Of a stretch of DNA of 64,000 nt, positions 29,692-38,305 are shown piece by piece (the stretch's first letter is position 1; the number at the start of each line of letters is the position of its first letter). The notes beneath the pieces were generated by a model that was given only the letters and a program-made list of their open reading frames with translations, did not search any database and was not told the DNA's origin. A program made the position numbers and the translations under genes. Origin of the DNA: Candidatus Berkelbacteria bacterium (GTDB lineage: Bacteria > Patescibacteriota > UBA1384 > DTJR01); NCBI GenBank assembly GCA_026397175.1, contig JAPLVK010000021.1, forward strand, positions 56,989-120,988. The letters are read 5' to 3'.

Positions 29692-31764
29692 GTGGATAAA
29701 CAAGAAGCAAAAAAAAGAATCGAGGTTCTAAAAAAAGAAATCGATGAAAATCGGTATCTTTATCATGTGCAGGATAAACCGCGCGTTTCGGATGCGGTTG
29801 ATGATTCGCTCAAGCACGAGCTGGCAAAATTAGAGGAGCAATTTCCGGAGCTGGTAACTGATGATTCGCCGACGCAGCGCGTCGGCGGCAAACCGCTTGA
29901 TAAATTTGTCAAAGTTAGGCACTCAACACCGATGATTTCTTTAAATGATGTTTTTTCGTTTGATGAACTAAAAGCGTGGGAAGCTCGCCTTATTAAATTA
30001 GCCGGTGAGAAAAAAATTCGCGAATCAGGTTTCTACTGCGAATTAAAAATGGATGGATTGGCGGTAGCGCTGATTTACACAAACGGCACATTCACGCTTG
30101 GCGCAACACGCGGCGACGGACAGGTGGGGGAGGATGTAACAAATAATTTAAAAACGATAGAATCGATTCCGCTCGGTATAAAAATTAAAAATCAAAAATC
30201 CGCCGAGGAGAGTCCAGCCCTCTGGACGGCGTCAAATATCAAAATTGAGGAAGCGGAATTACCAGATGAATTCGAAATTAGGGGTGAGATTTATTTGTCA
30301 AAAAATGATTTTGAAAAATTAAATGAAGAGCAGAAAAAAAAGGGTGGGCAAATTTATGCGAACCCCCGCAACATTGCCGCGGGTTCAATTCGCCAGCTTG
30401 ACCCAAGTATTGCCGCATCACGAAATCTAAAATTTATGTCTTATCAAGTTGCCACAGAAATCGGATTAAAAAACCATTCCGAAGAGCACGAGCTAGTGGA
30501 GAAGTTAGGTTTTCAAGCAAACACGAACAATAATAAATTATGTAAAACAATCGAAGAAGTTAATGGATTTTTCGTTCATTGGAATAAACACCGAGAGGGA
30601 CTTCCATATCAAATCGACGGACTGGTTATTGGAATAAATGACCGGAAGCTTTTTAAGTCGCTCGGAATTGTCGGCAAAGCACCCAGAGCACAAATTGCAT
30701 TTAAATTTGCCGCCGAAGAAGCGACAAGCGTTGTAAAAAATATTATTGTTCAAGTTGGCCGAACGGGAAAATTAACACCCGTGGCAATTCTGGAACCGAC
30801 CGTCGTTGCCGGCTCGACCGTTTCTCGTGCCACGCTTCATAACGAGGACGAAATAAATCGCAAGGATATTAAAATCGGCGACACGGTTATTATCCGTAAA
30901 GCGGGCGATGTAATTCCCGAAGTTAAGGAAGTGATTAAAAGAATGCGATCAGGCAAAGAGAAAAAATTTTCGATGCCAAAGTCGTGTCCGGTTTGCGGAG
31001 GTGAAATTGTTAAAAGAGAAGGCGAAGTTGATTCGTATTGCAAAAACAAAAATTGCGCTATTGTCGAAATGCGCCAAATCGGACACTTTGTCTCGAAAGG
31101 GGCATTCGAGATTGATGGGCTTGGGCCAAAAATTATCGAACATTTAATTACCGAAGGTCTTATTAAAGACGCATCGGATATTTTTGATCTTAAAGTGGGG
31201 GATTTGGAACCGCTCGAGCGATTTGGCGAAAAATCAGCGCAAAATATAATCTTGGCAATTGACGAGAAGAGGGAAGTCGAACTCGACCGATTTATTTATT
31301 CGCTTGGAATTCGCCATGTCGGATCAACGATGGCAATGGACATCGCCAAGCAATTCGGAAATATAAATGACTTTCTCTCGGCCAAAGAAGGGGACTTTAA
31401 TAAAATGTATGGGGTGGGGGACAAGGTTGCGCAAAGCATTATCGAATATATAGGCGATGAGAAAAGTCAAAACTTTATAAAACGATTGATTGAGTTTGGC
31501 GTAAAAGTCAAAAATTACCACTCCCCTGTTTTGAAAAATAAATTAAGCGGAAAAACATTTATTGTTACTGGAACGCTTACGAGCATGACACGCGAGGAAG
31601 CACACAAAAAAATCATTCAATTTGGCGGCGAAGTTTCCGCTTCCATTTCCCAAAATACAAATTATTTGATTGTAGGCGATGAGCCGGGCTCAAAGCTCGA
31701 CAAGGCAAAACGGTTAGGTGTCAAAATCATCAGTGAAAAAGAATTTTTTGAAATATTGAAGTAG
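29692..31764 (+). CDS. ligA: NAD-dependent DNA ligase
   Basis: ELKMDG, ATRGDG, NPRN, zinc finger, HhH, BRCT. Confidence 0.97.
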   Translation: MDKQEAKKRIEVLKKEIDENRYLYHVQDKPRVSDAVDDSLKHELAKLEEQFPELVTDDSPTQRVGGKPLDKFVKVRHSTPMISLNDVFSFDELKAWEARLIKLAGEKKIRESGFYCELKMDGLAVALIYTNGTFTLGATRGDGQVGEDVTNNLKTIESIPLGIKIKNQKSAEESPALWTASNIKIEEAELPDEFEIRGEIYLSKNDFEKLNEEQKKKGGQIYANPRNIAAGSIRQLDPSIAASRNLKFMSYQVATEIGLKNHSEEHELVEKLGFQANTNNNKLCKTIEEVNGFFVHWNKHREGLPYQIDGLVIGINDRKLFKSLGIVGKAPRAQIAFKFAAEEATSVVKNIIVQVGRTGKLTPVAILEPTVVAGSTVSRATLHNEDEINRKDIKIGDTVIIRKAGDVIPEVKEVIKRMRSGKEKKFSMPKSCPVCGGEIVKREGEVDSYCKNKNCAIVEMRQIGHFVSKGAFEIDGLGPKIIEHLITEGLIKDASDIFDLKVGDLEPLERFGEKSAQNIILAIDEKREVELDRFIYSLGIRHVGSTMAMDIAKQFGNINDFLSAKEGDFNKMYGVGDKVAQSIIEYIGDEKSQNFIKRLIEFGVKVKNYHSPVLKNKLSGKTFIVTGTLTSMTREEAHKKIIQFGGEVSASISQNTNYLIVGDEPGSKLDKAKRLGVKIISEKEFFEILK

Positions 31765-31837
31765 GCCATTTTTTGACAGTACTGATTTTTATATTAACTC
31801 CGATATTGTATCCGATATCAACTCAATACTACTCCAA

Positions 31838-31875
31838 TATCGCGTTCTCTGTGCGATCGCACATATAGTGCGATA
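31838..31875. repeat. 38-bp palindrome downstream of the PaaX-like gene
   Basis: 32/38 identical to 32501-32538; GCGATCGC centre. Confidence 0.85.
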
Positions 31876-31947
31876 AATTAGTTCTTCGTCCGTTTGTTGA
31901 CTTTAATTAATTAAATCTAAGTTTTAATCTGAATTTAAAGAACAAAA

Positions 31948-32472
31948 TTAGTCCAAACGGAAAAGACGCATTAGCTTCTCTTGTTGTGGGAGGTGGTCCG
32001 TGTTCAAATATGCTACGAATGGCGCAACACCGATGTTTTGACAGAGCACCGCGATTTCCTCTTGGCATTCGTAGGGATAAACCCACAAGCTTTTTTGAAT
32101 TTGGTAAAAATTAAATTCTATAAGTTTTCTTCGCAAATAATTTCTTCGTCCCTTATATTTTTCGGGTATATCATAACAAACCAAATGCCAATTTCCGTCC
32201 CAACTGTCCTTCGGTTCAATTGTGATTTCTTCTACTTCGATTTGTTTTAATAGTCGCTCACCTTTCTTGGTCAATCTGATTTCTTCACCGGACAAATATA
32301 TTGCTTTATCATTATAAAGTTTTTTAATTGTCTTTTTGTATCTATATCTCTTGTCTTTATTCAACGGCTTCAATATTTGCAACAAATTTGGAGCAAGAAT
32401 AATTGCTCCAGTAGCAAATGTTATGAGTCCAATCGTCTTAAGAATATCTTTTTGATTTTGCGAAATTGTCAT
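31948..32472 (-). CDS. PaaX-like protein (winged helix plus Cas2-like ferredoxin domain), CPR-type
   Basis: RLTKKG wing; WDGNWHLVCYDIPE..R..LRRKL..FYQIQKSLWVYPY. Confidence 0.8.
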   Translation of the reverse strand: MTISQNQKDILKTIGLITFATGAIILAPNLLQILKPLNKDKRYRYKKTIKKLYNDKAIYLSGEEIRLTKKGERLLKQIEVEEITIEPKDSWDGNWHLVCYDIPEKYKGRRNYLRRKLIEFNFYQIQKSLWVYPYECQEEIAVLCQNIGVAPFVAYLNTDHLPQQEKLMRLFRLD

Positions 32473-32500
32473 TAATTTAATTTTACACTGTTTTAGTTAA

Positions 32501-32538
32501 TATCGCACTTTATGTGCGATCGCATATAAAGTGCGATA
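32501..32538. repeat. 38-bp near-perfect palindrome upstream of the PaaX-like gene
   Basis: TATCGCACTTTATGTGCGA|TCGCATATAAAGTGCGATA. Confidence 0.88.
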
Positions 32539-32674
32539 AATTGATGTTGTGATTCAGAAGTGTTCGTATTGATTATGTTGTATCTTTTTTGCTAAAATTT
32601 AAAAAACTGCCGTCAAGAGACCGAATTTTGCCCTTCGTTTGGTGTCAACATAAAAAATATTTTTGGTTCACAAA

Positions 32675-32885
32675 GGACGAAGGCCCGGCCGCATCGCAGC
32701 GGCCGGGCCCCAGTAGAGTCGGATCACCTCCCGCAACCTCGGCGAGGTTGTATTTGGATGCAATAGCTACTACGGTTGACCGCGCGACATGTCTGAGCGA
32801 AGAGAGTTATGTCTCTTAGTATTGCATCTGTAAGTCGCGCCGAAAACACAGCCATAGTATTACTTCCGAGCGGGGATGTGAAACA
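32675..32885 (-). other. GC-rich small transcript candidate (43-aa ORF 32855-32724 or ncRNA) ending in an 11-bp hairpin
   Basis: GGCCCGGCCGC/GCGGCCGGGCC stem; contains GGAGGTGATCC. Confidence 0.4.
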
Positions 32886-32993
32886 ACTATTTTAAATTTA
32901 ATACTTTTTTGCATCGCTTATTAAAGTAAAATTTTAGCAGAACAAACGCATTGCGTTTTGTCGGGTAAATGGTAAGATTAAGTCGAGGTAAAA

Positions 32994-33299
32994 ATGTTGA
33001 AAAGAGACGATGTTTTGCAAGTAGCGAAACTGGCGCGTTTGGAATTGTCTGACGCGCAGGTTAAAAAATTCTCCGAACAATTAAACAGTGTTTTTGAATT
33101 GTTTAAAAAAATTGAAAAAGTTGAACTTGATAATGTTGAAGAGACCTCACAAGTAACTGGCTTAAGAAATGTTTTTAAAAAAGATGAAATTAAATGCGAC
33201 GAGCAGGCGACAACTTGCAGTACAGACAATCTTTTGTCAAATATCCCCTATCGTGAAGAAAATAAAATTATTGTGCCGAGAATTATCGAGGAAAGGTAA
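32994..33299 (+). CDS. gatC: Asp/Glu-tRNA amidotransferase subunit C
   Basis: VAKLARLEL..NVF..D..VPRI. Confidence 0.92.
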   Translation: MLKRDDVLQVAKLARLELSDAQVKKFSEQLNSVFELFKKIEKVELDNVEETSQVTGLRNVFKKDEIKCDEQATTCSTDNLLSNIPYREENKIIVPRIIEER

Positions 33300-34786
33300 T
33301 GGAATTATTAACATTTTCAATTTCAGAGGTCTCGAAAATGCTTGCGGAGAAGAAAATAACTTCGCAGGAATTAACGGAATCGATTTTTGAGCGCATCAAA
33401 AAAGTGGAGCCAAAAATCTCGGCATTTGTTACACTTTTAAAAAAATCAGCATTAAAACAGGCCAAGGACTCTGATCAAAGAAGGTCAGATGGAAAAATCT
33501 TAAGCAAACTCGACGGTATTCCGATTGCGCTTAAAGATCTGCTTTGCACTAAAGGAGTCGAGACAACCGCTTCGTCAAATATCTTAAAGGGCTTTGTTCC
33601 GCCATATAACGCCACGGTCGTGAATTTACTTGAGCAAGCCGGTGCAGTTATTGTGGGAAAAACAAATTTGGATGCATTTGCACACGGTTCATCGACCGAA
33701 AACTCTGACTTTAAAACAACCAAAAACCCATGGGATACAAGCAGAGTTCCAGGTGGATCGTCCGGCGGTTCGGCCGCCGCAGTAGCGGCGGATGAATGTT
33801 TGGGTGCGATCGGAACAGACACGGGCGGATCAATTCGCCAGCCAGCCAGTTTATGTTCGGTTGTAGGACTTAAGCCAACATACGGTCGTGTATCTAGATA
33901 CGGCGTTATTGCTATGGCCTCAAGTTTAGATGTTGTTGGCCCGATTGCCAAGACGACCGAAGATGCGGCGTTAATTCTGGAAATAATTGCCGGACACGAT
34001 AAACTTGATGCAACAACGCTTAATGTGCCTGTGCCAAAATACTCAGAAAATTTGGATAAAGATATTAAAGGTCTAAAAATCGGGATTCCGAAAGAATATT
34101 TCGCAACTGGTATGGACGAAGATGTCGAAAAAGTTATTAGAGATACGATCGAAAAGATGAAAAAGATGGGAGCTGAAATTTACGAGATTTCACTTCCCCA
34201 TAGCGATTATGCTTTGGCGACTTATTATATTTTGCAGCCGGCAGAGGTAAGCTCGAATTTATCGCGATATGACGGAATTAAATATGGTTTTTCGACGCTC
34301 CGAGACAATAAAAATCAAGCGTTAGAGGATGTTTATTTCAAATCCAGGGGAGAAGGGTTTGGGGCGGAGGCCAAAAGACGCATTATGCTTGGCACTTATG
34401 TTTTGTCTGCCGGATATTACGACGCCTATTACCGAAAAGCGCTGAAATTGCGTACTTTGGTAAAGAATGATTTTGAAAGGGTCTTTGACAAATCGGCGAA
34501 TGGCGTTGATGTGATCGTAACACCGGTCTCGCCTACCCCGGCTTTTAAAATTGGAGAAAAATCAGACGACCCGGTCAAAATGTATTTAAGCGATATTTAT
34601 ACGGTACCAATCAATCCCGCAGGAGTTCCGGCAATTTCAACACCGGTCGGTTTCGTTTCTCGCGATGGTAAAAAATTGCCAGTCGGTCTTCAAATTATCG
34701 GCCCAGTCCTGGGTGAGCAAATTATTTTAAATGTTTCACACCAGCTTGAGCAAAATTTATCAATTAAAGACAAACCGGAATTATGA
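33299..34786 (+). CDS. gatA: Asp/Glu-tRNA amidotransferase subunit A
   Basis: Amidase signature GGSSGGS, DTGGSIRQPA; KRRIMLG. Confidence 0.97.
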   Translation: MELLTFSISEVSKMLAEKKITSQELTESIFERIKKVEPKISAFVTLLKKSALKQAKDSDQRRSDGKILSKLDGIPIALKDLLCTKGVETTASSNILKGFVPPYNATVVNLLEQAGAVIVGKTNLDAFAHGSSTENSDFKTTKNPWDTSRVPGGSSGGSAAAVAADECLGAIGTDTGGSIRQPASLCSVVGLKPTYGRVSRYGVIAMASSLDVVGPIAKTTEDAALILEIIAGHDKLDATTLNVPVPKYSENLDKDIKGLKIGIPKEYFATGMDEDVEKVIRDTIEKMKKMGAEIYEISLPHSDYALATYYILQPAEVSSNLSRYDGIKYGFSTLRDNKNQALEDVYFKSRGEGFGAEAKRRIMLGTYVLSAGYYDAYYRKALKLRTLVKNDFERVFDKSANGVDVIVTPVSPTPAFKIGEKSDDPVKMYLSDIYTVPINPAGVPAISTPVGFVSRDGKKLPVGLQIIGPVLGEQIILNVSHQLEQNLSIKDKPEL

Positions 34787-35214
34787 TGGCTAAATTTCAA
34801 AAACCAAATAACGATTCATCAAATCCTCTATCAATGTTTGAGCGATTGATCGGTTCTTGGATTGACAAGCTTTTTTCAAAAAATAATTTTGCAGTTTTTT
34901 CTAAAGGTGAAATAAATAAAAGATGGGGCGAGATTGAAAAAATGGATCCGCAGCTTGCCGTGATTGAAGCCGATAAATTGGTTGATACGGTTTTAAAAAG
35001 AGCTGGATTAAAAGGAGAGTCAATGGCGGAGCGATTACGCAAGACCGAAAGCCAAATCCCCCACTTTGTTTATCAGGACATGTGGGATGCGCACAAATTA
35101 AGGAATCGTTTGGTTCACGAAGTGGATCATTCGGCGAATCATTACGAATCACAACAAGCGGTTTGGAAAATGAAAAAATATTTGCTAACACTCGGAGTTT
35201 TTAAAAATGAATGA
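34783..35214 (+). CDS. Hypothetical helical protein with a HEPN-like RxxxxH motif
   Basis: AVIEADKLVD..WDAHKLRNRLVHE; overlaps both gatA and gatB. Confidence 0.7.
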   Translation: MMAKFQKPNNDSSNPLSMFERLIGSWIDKLFSKNNFAVFSKGEINKRWGEIEKMDPQLAVIEADKLVDTVLKRAGLKGESMAERLRKTESQIPHFVYQDMWDAHKLRNRLVHEVDHSANHYESQQAVWKMKKYLLTLGVFKNE

Positions 35215-36655
35215 ATTTACCACAATGGATTCGACGCAGCTCACCACGAGAATCGGGCTTGAAATTCATGTTCAGCTTAATACAAAAAGCAAAATGTTTT
35301 GTGGTTGCTCTAATGATGCCGAAGACATGAAGCCAAACACAATTTTGTGTCCGATATGCTTTGGCATGCCAGGGACCCTGCCCGTGCCGAATCGCGAGGC
35401 AGTTGAAAAAACCGTGAGAATTGGTCTTGCCTTAAATTCAAAAATTGCCAAATTTTCGAAATTTGATCGCAAACACTATTTTTACCCTGACCTTCCGAAG
35501 GGCTATCAGATTAGCCAATACGACATGCCATTTTGTATTGGTGGGGAATCAACTGTAGCAGGGGAAACGATCCGATTTAACCGCGTGCATCTCGAAGAAG
35601 ATGCGGGCAAACTTTTGCACCTAAAAGGCGTAAATTATTCGATTGTAGATTTAAATCGTGCCGGGACACCGCTAGCCGAAATGGTTACAGAGCCGGATAT
35701 TACGAGTCCCGAGATGGCACGAGAGTTTTTGAAGGAATTAAGGGATCTTTTAAGATCAATTGGGGTTAGCGATGCTGATATGGAGAAAGGGCAGATGAGA
35801 TGCGATGCGAATATCTCGATAACTCGAAATTCAAAAACCAGCGACCAGCGACTAGTAACTAGCAATCCAGCCGCAATGTCAGTAATTGTGGAGATTAAAA
35901 ATCTCAATTCATTTAAATTTGTCGAAAAAGCGCTTAGCTACGAAGAAAAACGGCTCACAGAGGACTTTGAAAATTGGCCGATCAAAGTAACCAAGGTAAC
36001 TCGTGGTTTTGATTCAAATTCGGGCAAGACATATGTGCTTCGCGAAAAAGAAGAAGCCAAGGACTACCGATATTTTCCGGAACCGGACATTCCGCCGATT
36101 TATTTGCATGAAGAATTTAATATCGAAGAGATTAAAAAGTCCCTGCCGGTTTTGCCAGCACAAATTAAAGAAAAATTAATTGAGTTTGGTGTTAATCCAG
36201 ATGACACATTAGTTTTATTAAAAGACCAGAAACTGCTAAAATCGATTCTTGAATTAATTGAAAAAAAACCAGACAGGGTCGCCAAAATATCAAAAGTTAT
36301 TTTAAATTTAGTATCAGCTCGGAAACTAAATATTAGACAACTTATTGATTTGGATGAAACTATTGAAACCAATCAAGTCCCATCAAATATCGTAAGGCAA
36401 ATCGTTGACGATATTTCCTCCGAAGATCAAATGCCATCCAATATTTATCTTGGAAAATTTAAAAATACCGGTGAGGGTTTATCGGACATACTGGCAATGA
36501 TTCTTAAGGACAACCAAGATGCGGTTGATAAATATAAGTCGGGCAAAACACAGGTTCTGGGGTTTTTGGTTGGGCAAGTGATGAAATCAACTCAAGGAAA
36601 ATTTGATCCGAATCAAATCAGAAAAGAAATTATTGAGAAAATAAATCTCGCTTAA
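35207..36655 (+). CDS. gatB: Asp/Glu-tRNA amidotransferase subunit B
   Basis: IGLEIH, FDRKHYFYPDLPKGYQISQ, HLEEDAGK, RCDANIS, DYRYFPEPD. Confidence 0.97.
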   Translation: MNEFTTMDSTQLTTRIGLEIHVQLNTKSKMFCGCSNDAEDMKPNTILCPICFGMPGTLPVPNREAVEKTVRIGLALNSKIAKFSKFDRKHYFYPDLPKGYQISQYDMPFCIGGESTVAGETIRFNRVHLEEDAGKLLHLKGVNYSIVDLNRAGTPLAEMVTEPDITSPEMAREFLKELRDLLRSIGVSDADMEKGQMRCDANISITRNSKTSDQRLVTSNPAAMSVIVEIKNLNSFKFVEKALSYEEKRLTEDFENWPIKVTKVTRGFDSNSGKTYVLREKEEAKDYRYFPEPDIPPIYLHEEFNIEEIKKSLPVLPAQIKEKLIEFGVNPDDTLVLLKDQKLLKSILELIEKKPDRVAKISKVILNLVSARKLNIRQLIDLDETIETNQVPSNIVRQIVDDISSEDQMPSNIYLGKFKNTGEGLSDILAMILKDNQDAVDKYKSGKTQVLGFLVGQVMKSTQGKFDPNQIRKEIIEKINLA

Positions 36656-36693
36656 TTTTGATTTTAAAAAATTTTTGCGAGGAAAGGATTTAG

Positions 36694-37005
36694 ATGGCGG
36701 AAGAAGAAAAAATAAAAAAACCTTCCAGGAAAGTCCGATTAGCGAGGGAGTTTAATAGTCAATTCATCCAAACATTTTCGACACTTTTGACATCGGCTTT
36801 TGGTTTGGTTGCGGCTTTTGCATGGAATGATTTGGTTAAAGCGGCAATTGATCGTTATATTTCTTCTGGACAAGGTATGATTTCCAGATTGATTTACGCT
36901 CTTTTGGTAACGATCTTGGCGGTTTTGGTTTCATACCAGCTTGGAAAGATTGCAGCACTGTATAAAATTGAAGAAGAGGACTCAAAAGATAAAGAAGAGG
37001 ACTAG
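36694..37005 (+). CDS. Small membrane protein (DUF5654-like)
   Basis: TSAFGLVAAFAWND..LIYA motif. Confidence 0.75.
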   Translation: MAEEEKIKKPSRKVRLAREFNSQFIQTFSTLLTSAFGLVAAFAWNDLVKAAIDRYISSGQGMISRLIYALLVTILAVLVSYQLGKIAALYKIEEEDSKDKEED

Positions 37006-37078
37006 GCCAATTGATTAAGCAAATTTTTTTTAAAAATGCTACAATAAAAGTTGAAAAAGGGGATTTTAAAGGAGATTT

Positions 37079-38266
37079 ATGAATGTACAAAATAGGCCTC
37101 TGATTGTTTTTCTCGTAATCTTGAGTTTTTTGACGGGAATCATTGGGGGGATCGGGGGAATAGCTTTGGTAGCAAGTTCTAAAACGCTTCAAAAAAGTGT
37201 CGGCATAAAGACCGATTCCGGCATAGCTTTTCCGGCACAAGAAAAAGTTGAAAGCATTTCAGTCAAAGAGGACTCCGCTGTTGTCAGTTCTGTAAAAAAG
37301 GTCTCGCCGGCCGTTGTCAGCGTTGTTTTTACCAAAGATATTCAAGTGATCAATCCTTTTGGATCCCAATTTGGAATGCCGGATCAGTCGGTTCAGCAGC
37401 AACAGGGCGGAGGAAGCGGATTTATTTTGACTTCAGAAGGACTGATTGCAACCAACAAACATGTGGCTGATGTTGACGGAGCGAAATACACCGTTATTAC
37501 CCAAGAAGGAAAAAAATATGATGCGACGGTTTTAGCTAAAGATCCAAGCAGTGATTTTGCCATTTTAAAAATTGATGCCAAGGGTTTACCGGTTGTAGAA
37601 TTTGGCGATTCGGACAATCTTGATATTGGGCAAAGAGTGATTGCTATCGGAAACGCGCTCGGTGAATTTCAAAACACCGTAACTGTCGGGGTGCTATCCG
37701 GAAAGGAAAGAACCTTGACGGCAACCGATTCATCCGGTGGACAATCAGAACCACTCGAAGGACTTTTGCAAACCGATGCGGCAATTAACGAAGGCAATTC
37801 CGGCGGACCACTTCTAAATTTAAAAGGTCAGGTTATCGGAATTAATACGGCGACTGCGGCAAAGGGTCAGGCCGAGGGCTTGGGTTTTGCAATTCCGATC
37901 AATTCTCTTAAGTCGGCGGTTGATTCAATTAAGAAAACCGGAAAAATAGTCAGACCATATCTTGGAGTCAGATATGTAGTGGTTGACAGTAAAATTTCGG
38001 CAATCAAAGGAATGAAAAACGATAGTGGAATTCTGATAGTGGGAGGTACGAATCAGCCGGCTATTGTTATCGGCTCTCCGGCCGACAAAGCTGGGCTAAA
38101 AGAAGGGGATGTGATTCTAAAAGTTAACAATGATGATGTCGGCAAAGACAAGTCGCTTGTTGGAGTGTTGACTAAATATCAACCAAACGACGAAGTAACA
38201 TTGCATATCCTAAGAGATGGGAAAGAGATGGATGTAAAGGCCCGACTGGGAGAAATGCCTTCGTAG
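37079..38266 (+). CDS. HtrA/DegP-like serine protease with PDZ
   Basis: TNKHV, QTDAAINEGNSGGPL, PDZ. Confidence 0.95.
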   Translation: MNVQNRPLIVFLVILSFLTGIIGGIGGIALVASSKTLQKSVGIKTDSGIAFPAQEKVESISVKEDSAVVSSVKKVSPAVVSVVFTKDIQVINPFGSQFGMPDQSVQQQQGGGSGFILTSEGLIATNKHVADVDGAKYTVITQEGKKYDATVLAKDPSSDFAILKIDAKGLPVVEFGDSDNLDIGQRVIAIGNALGEFQNTVTVGVLSGKERTLTATDSSGGQSEPLEGLLQTDAAINEGNSGGPLLNLKGQVIGINTATAAKGQAEGLGFAIPINSLKSAVDSIKKTGKIVRPYLGVRYVVVDSKISAIKGMKNDSGILIVGGTNQPAIVIGSPADKAGLKEGDVILKVNNDDVGKDKSLVGVLTKYQPNDEVTLHILRDGKEMDVKARLGEMPS

Positions 38267-38305
38267 AAAAATTTAGTTTTCCGTGAGAAGATAATTGAGG
38301 GGAAA

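Noticed and set aside
31838-32538. Possible CRISPR-Cas (Cas2-like protein plus repeats)
   Set aside because: Only two repeats separated by a whole gene, with no spacers and no cas1 or effector genes.
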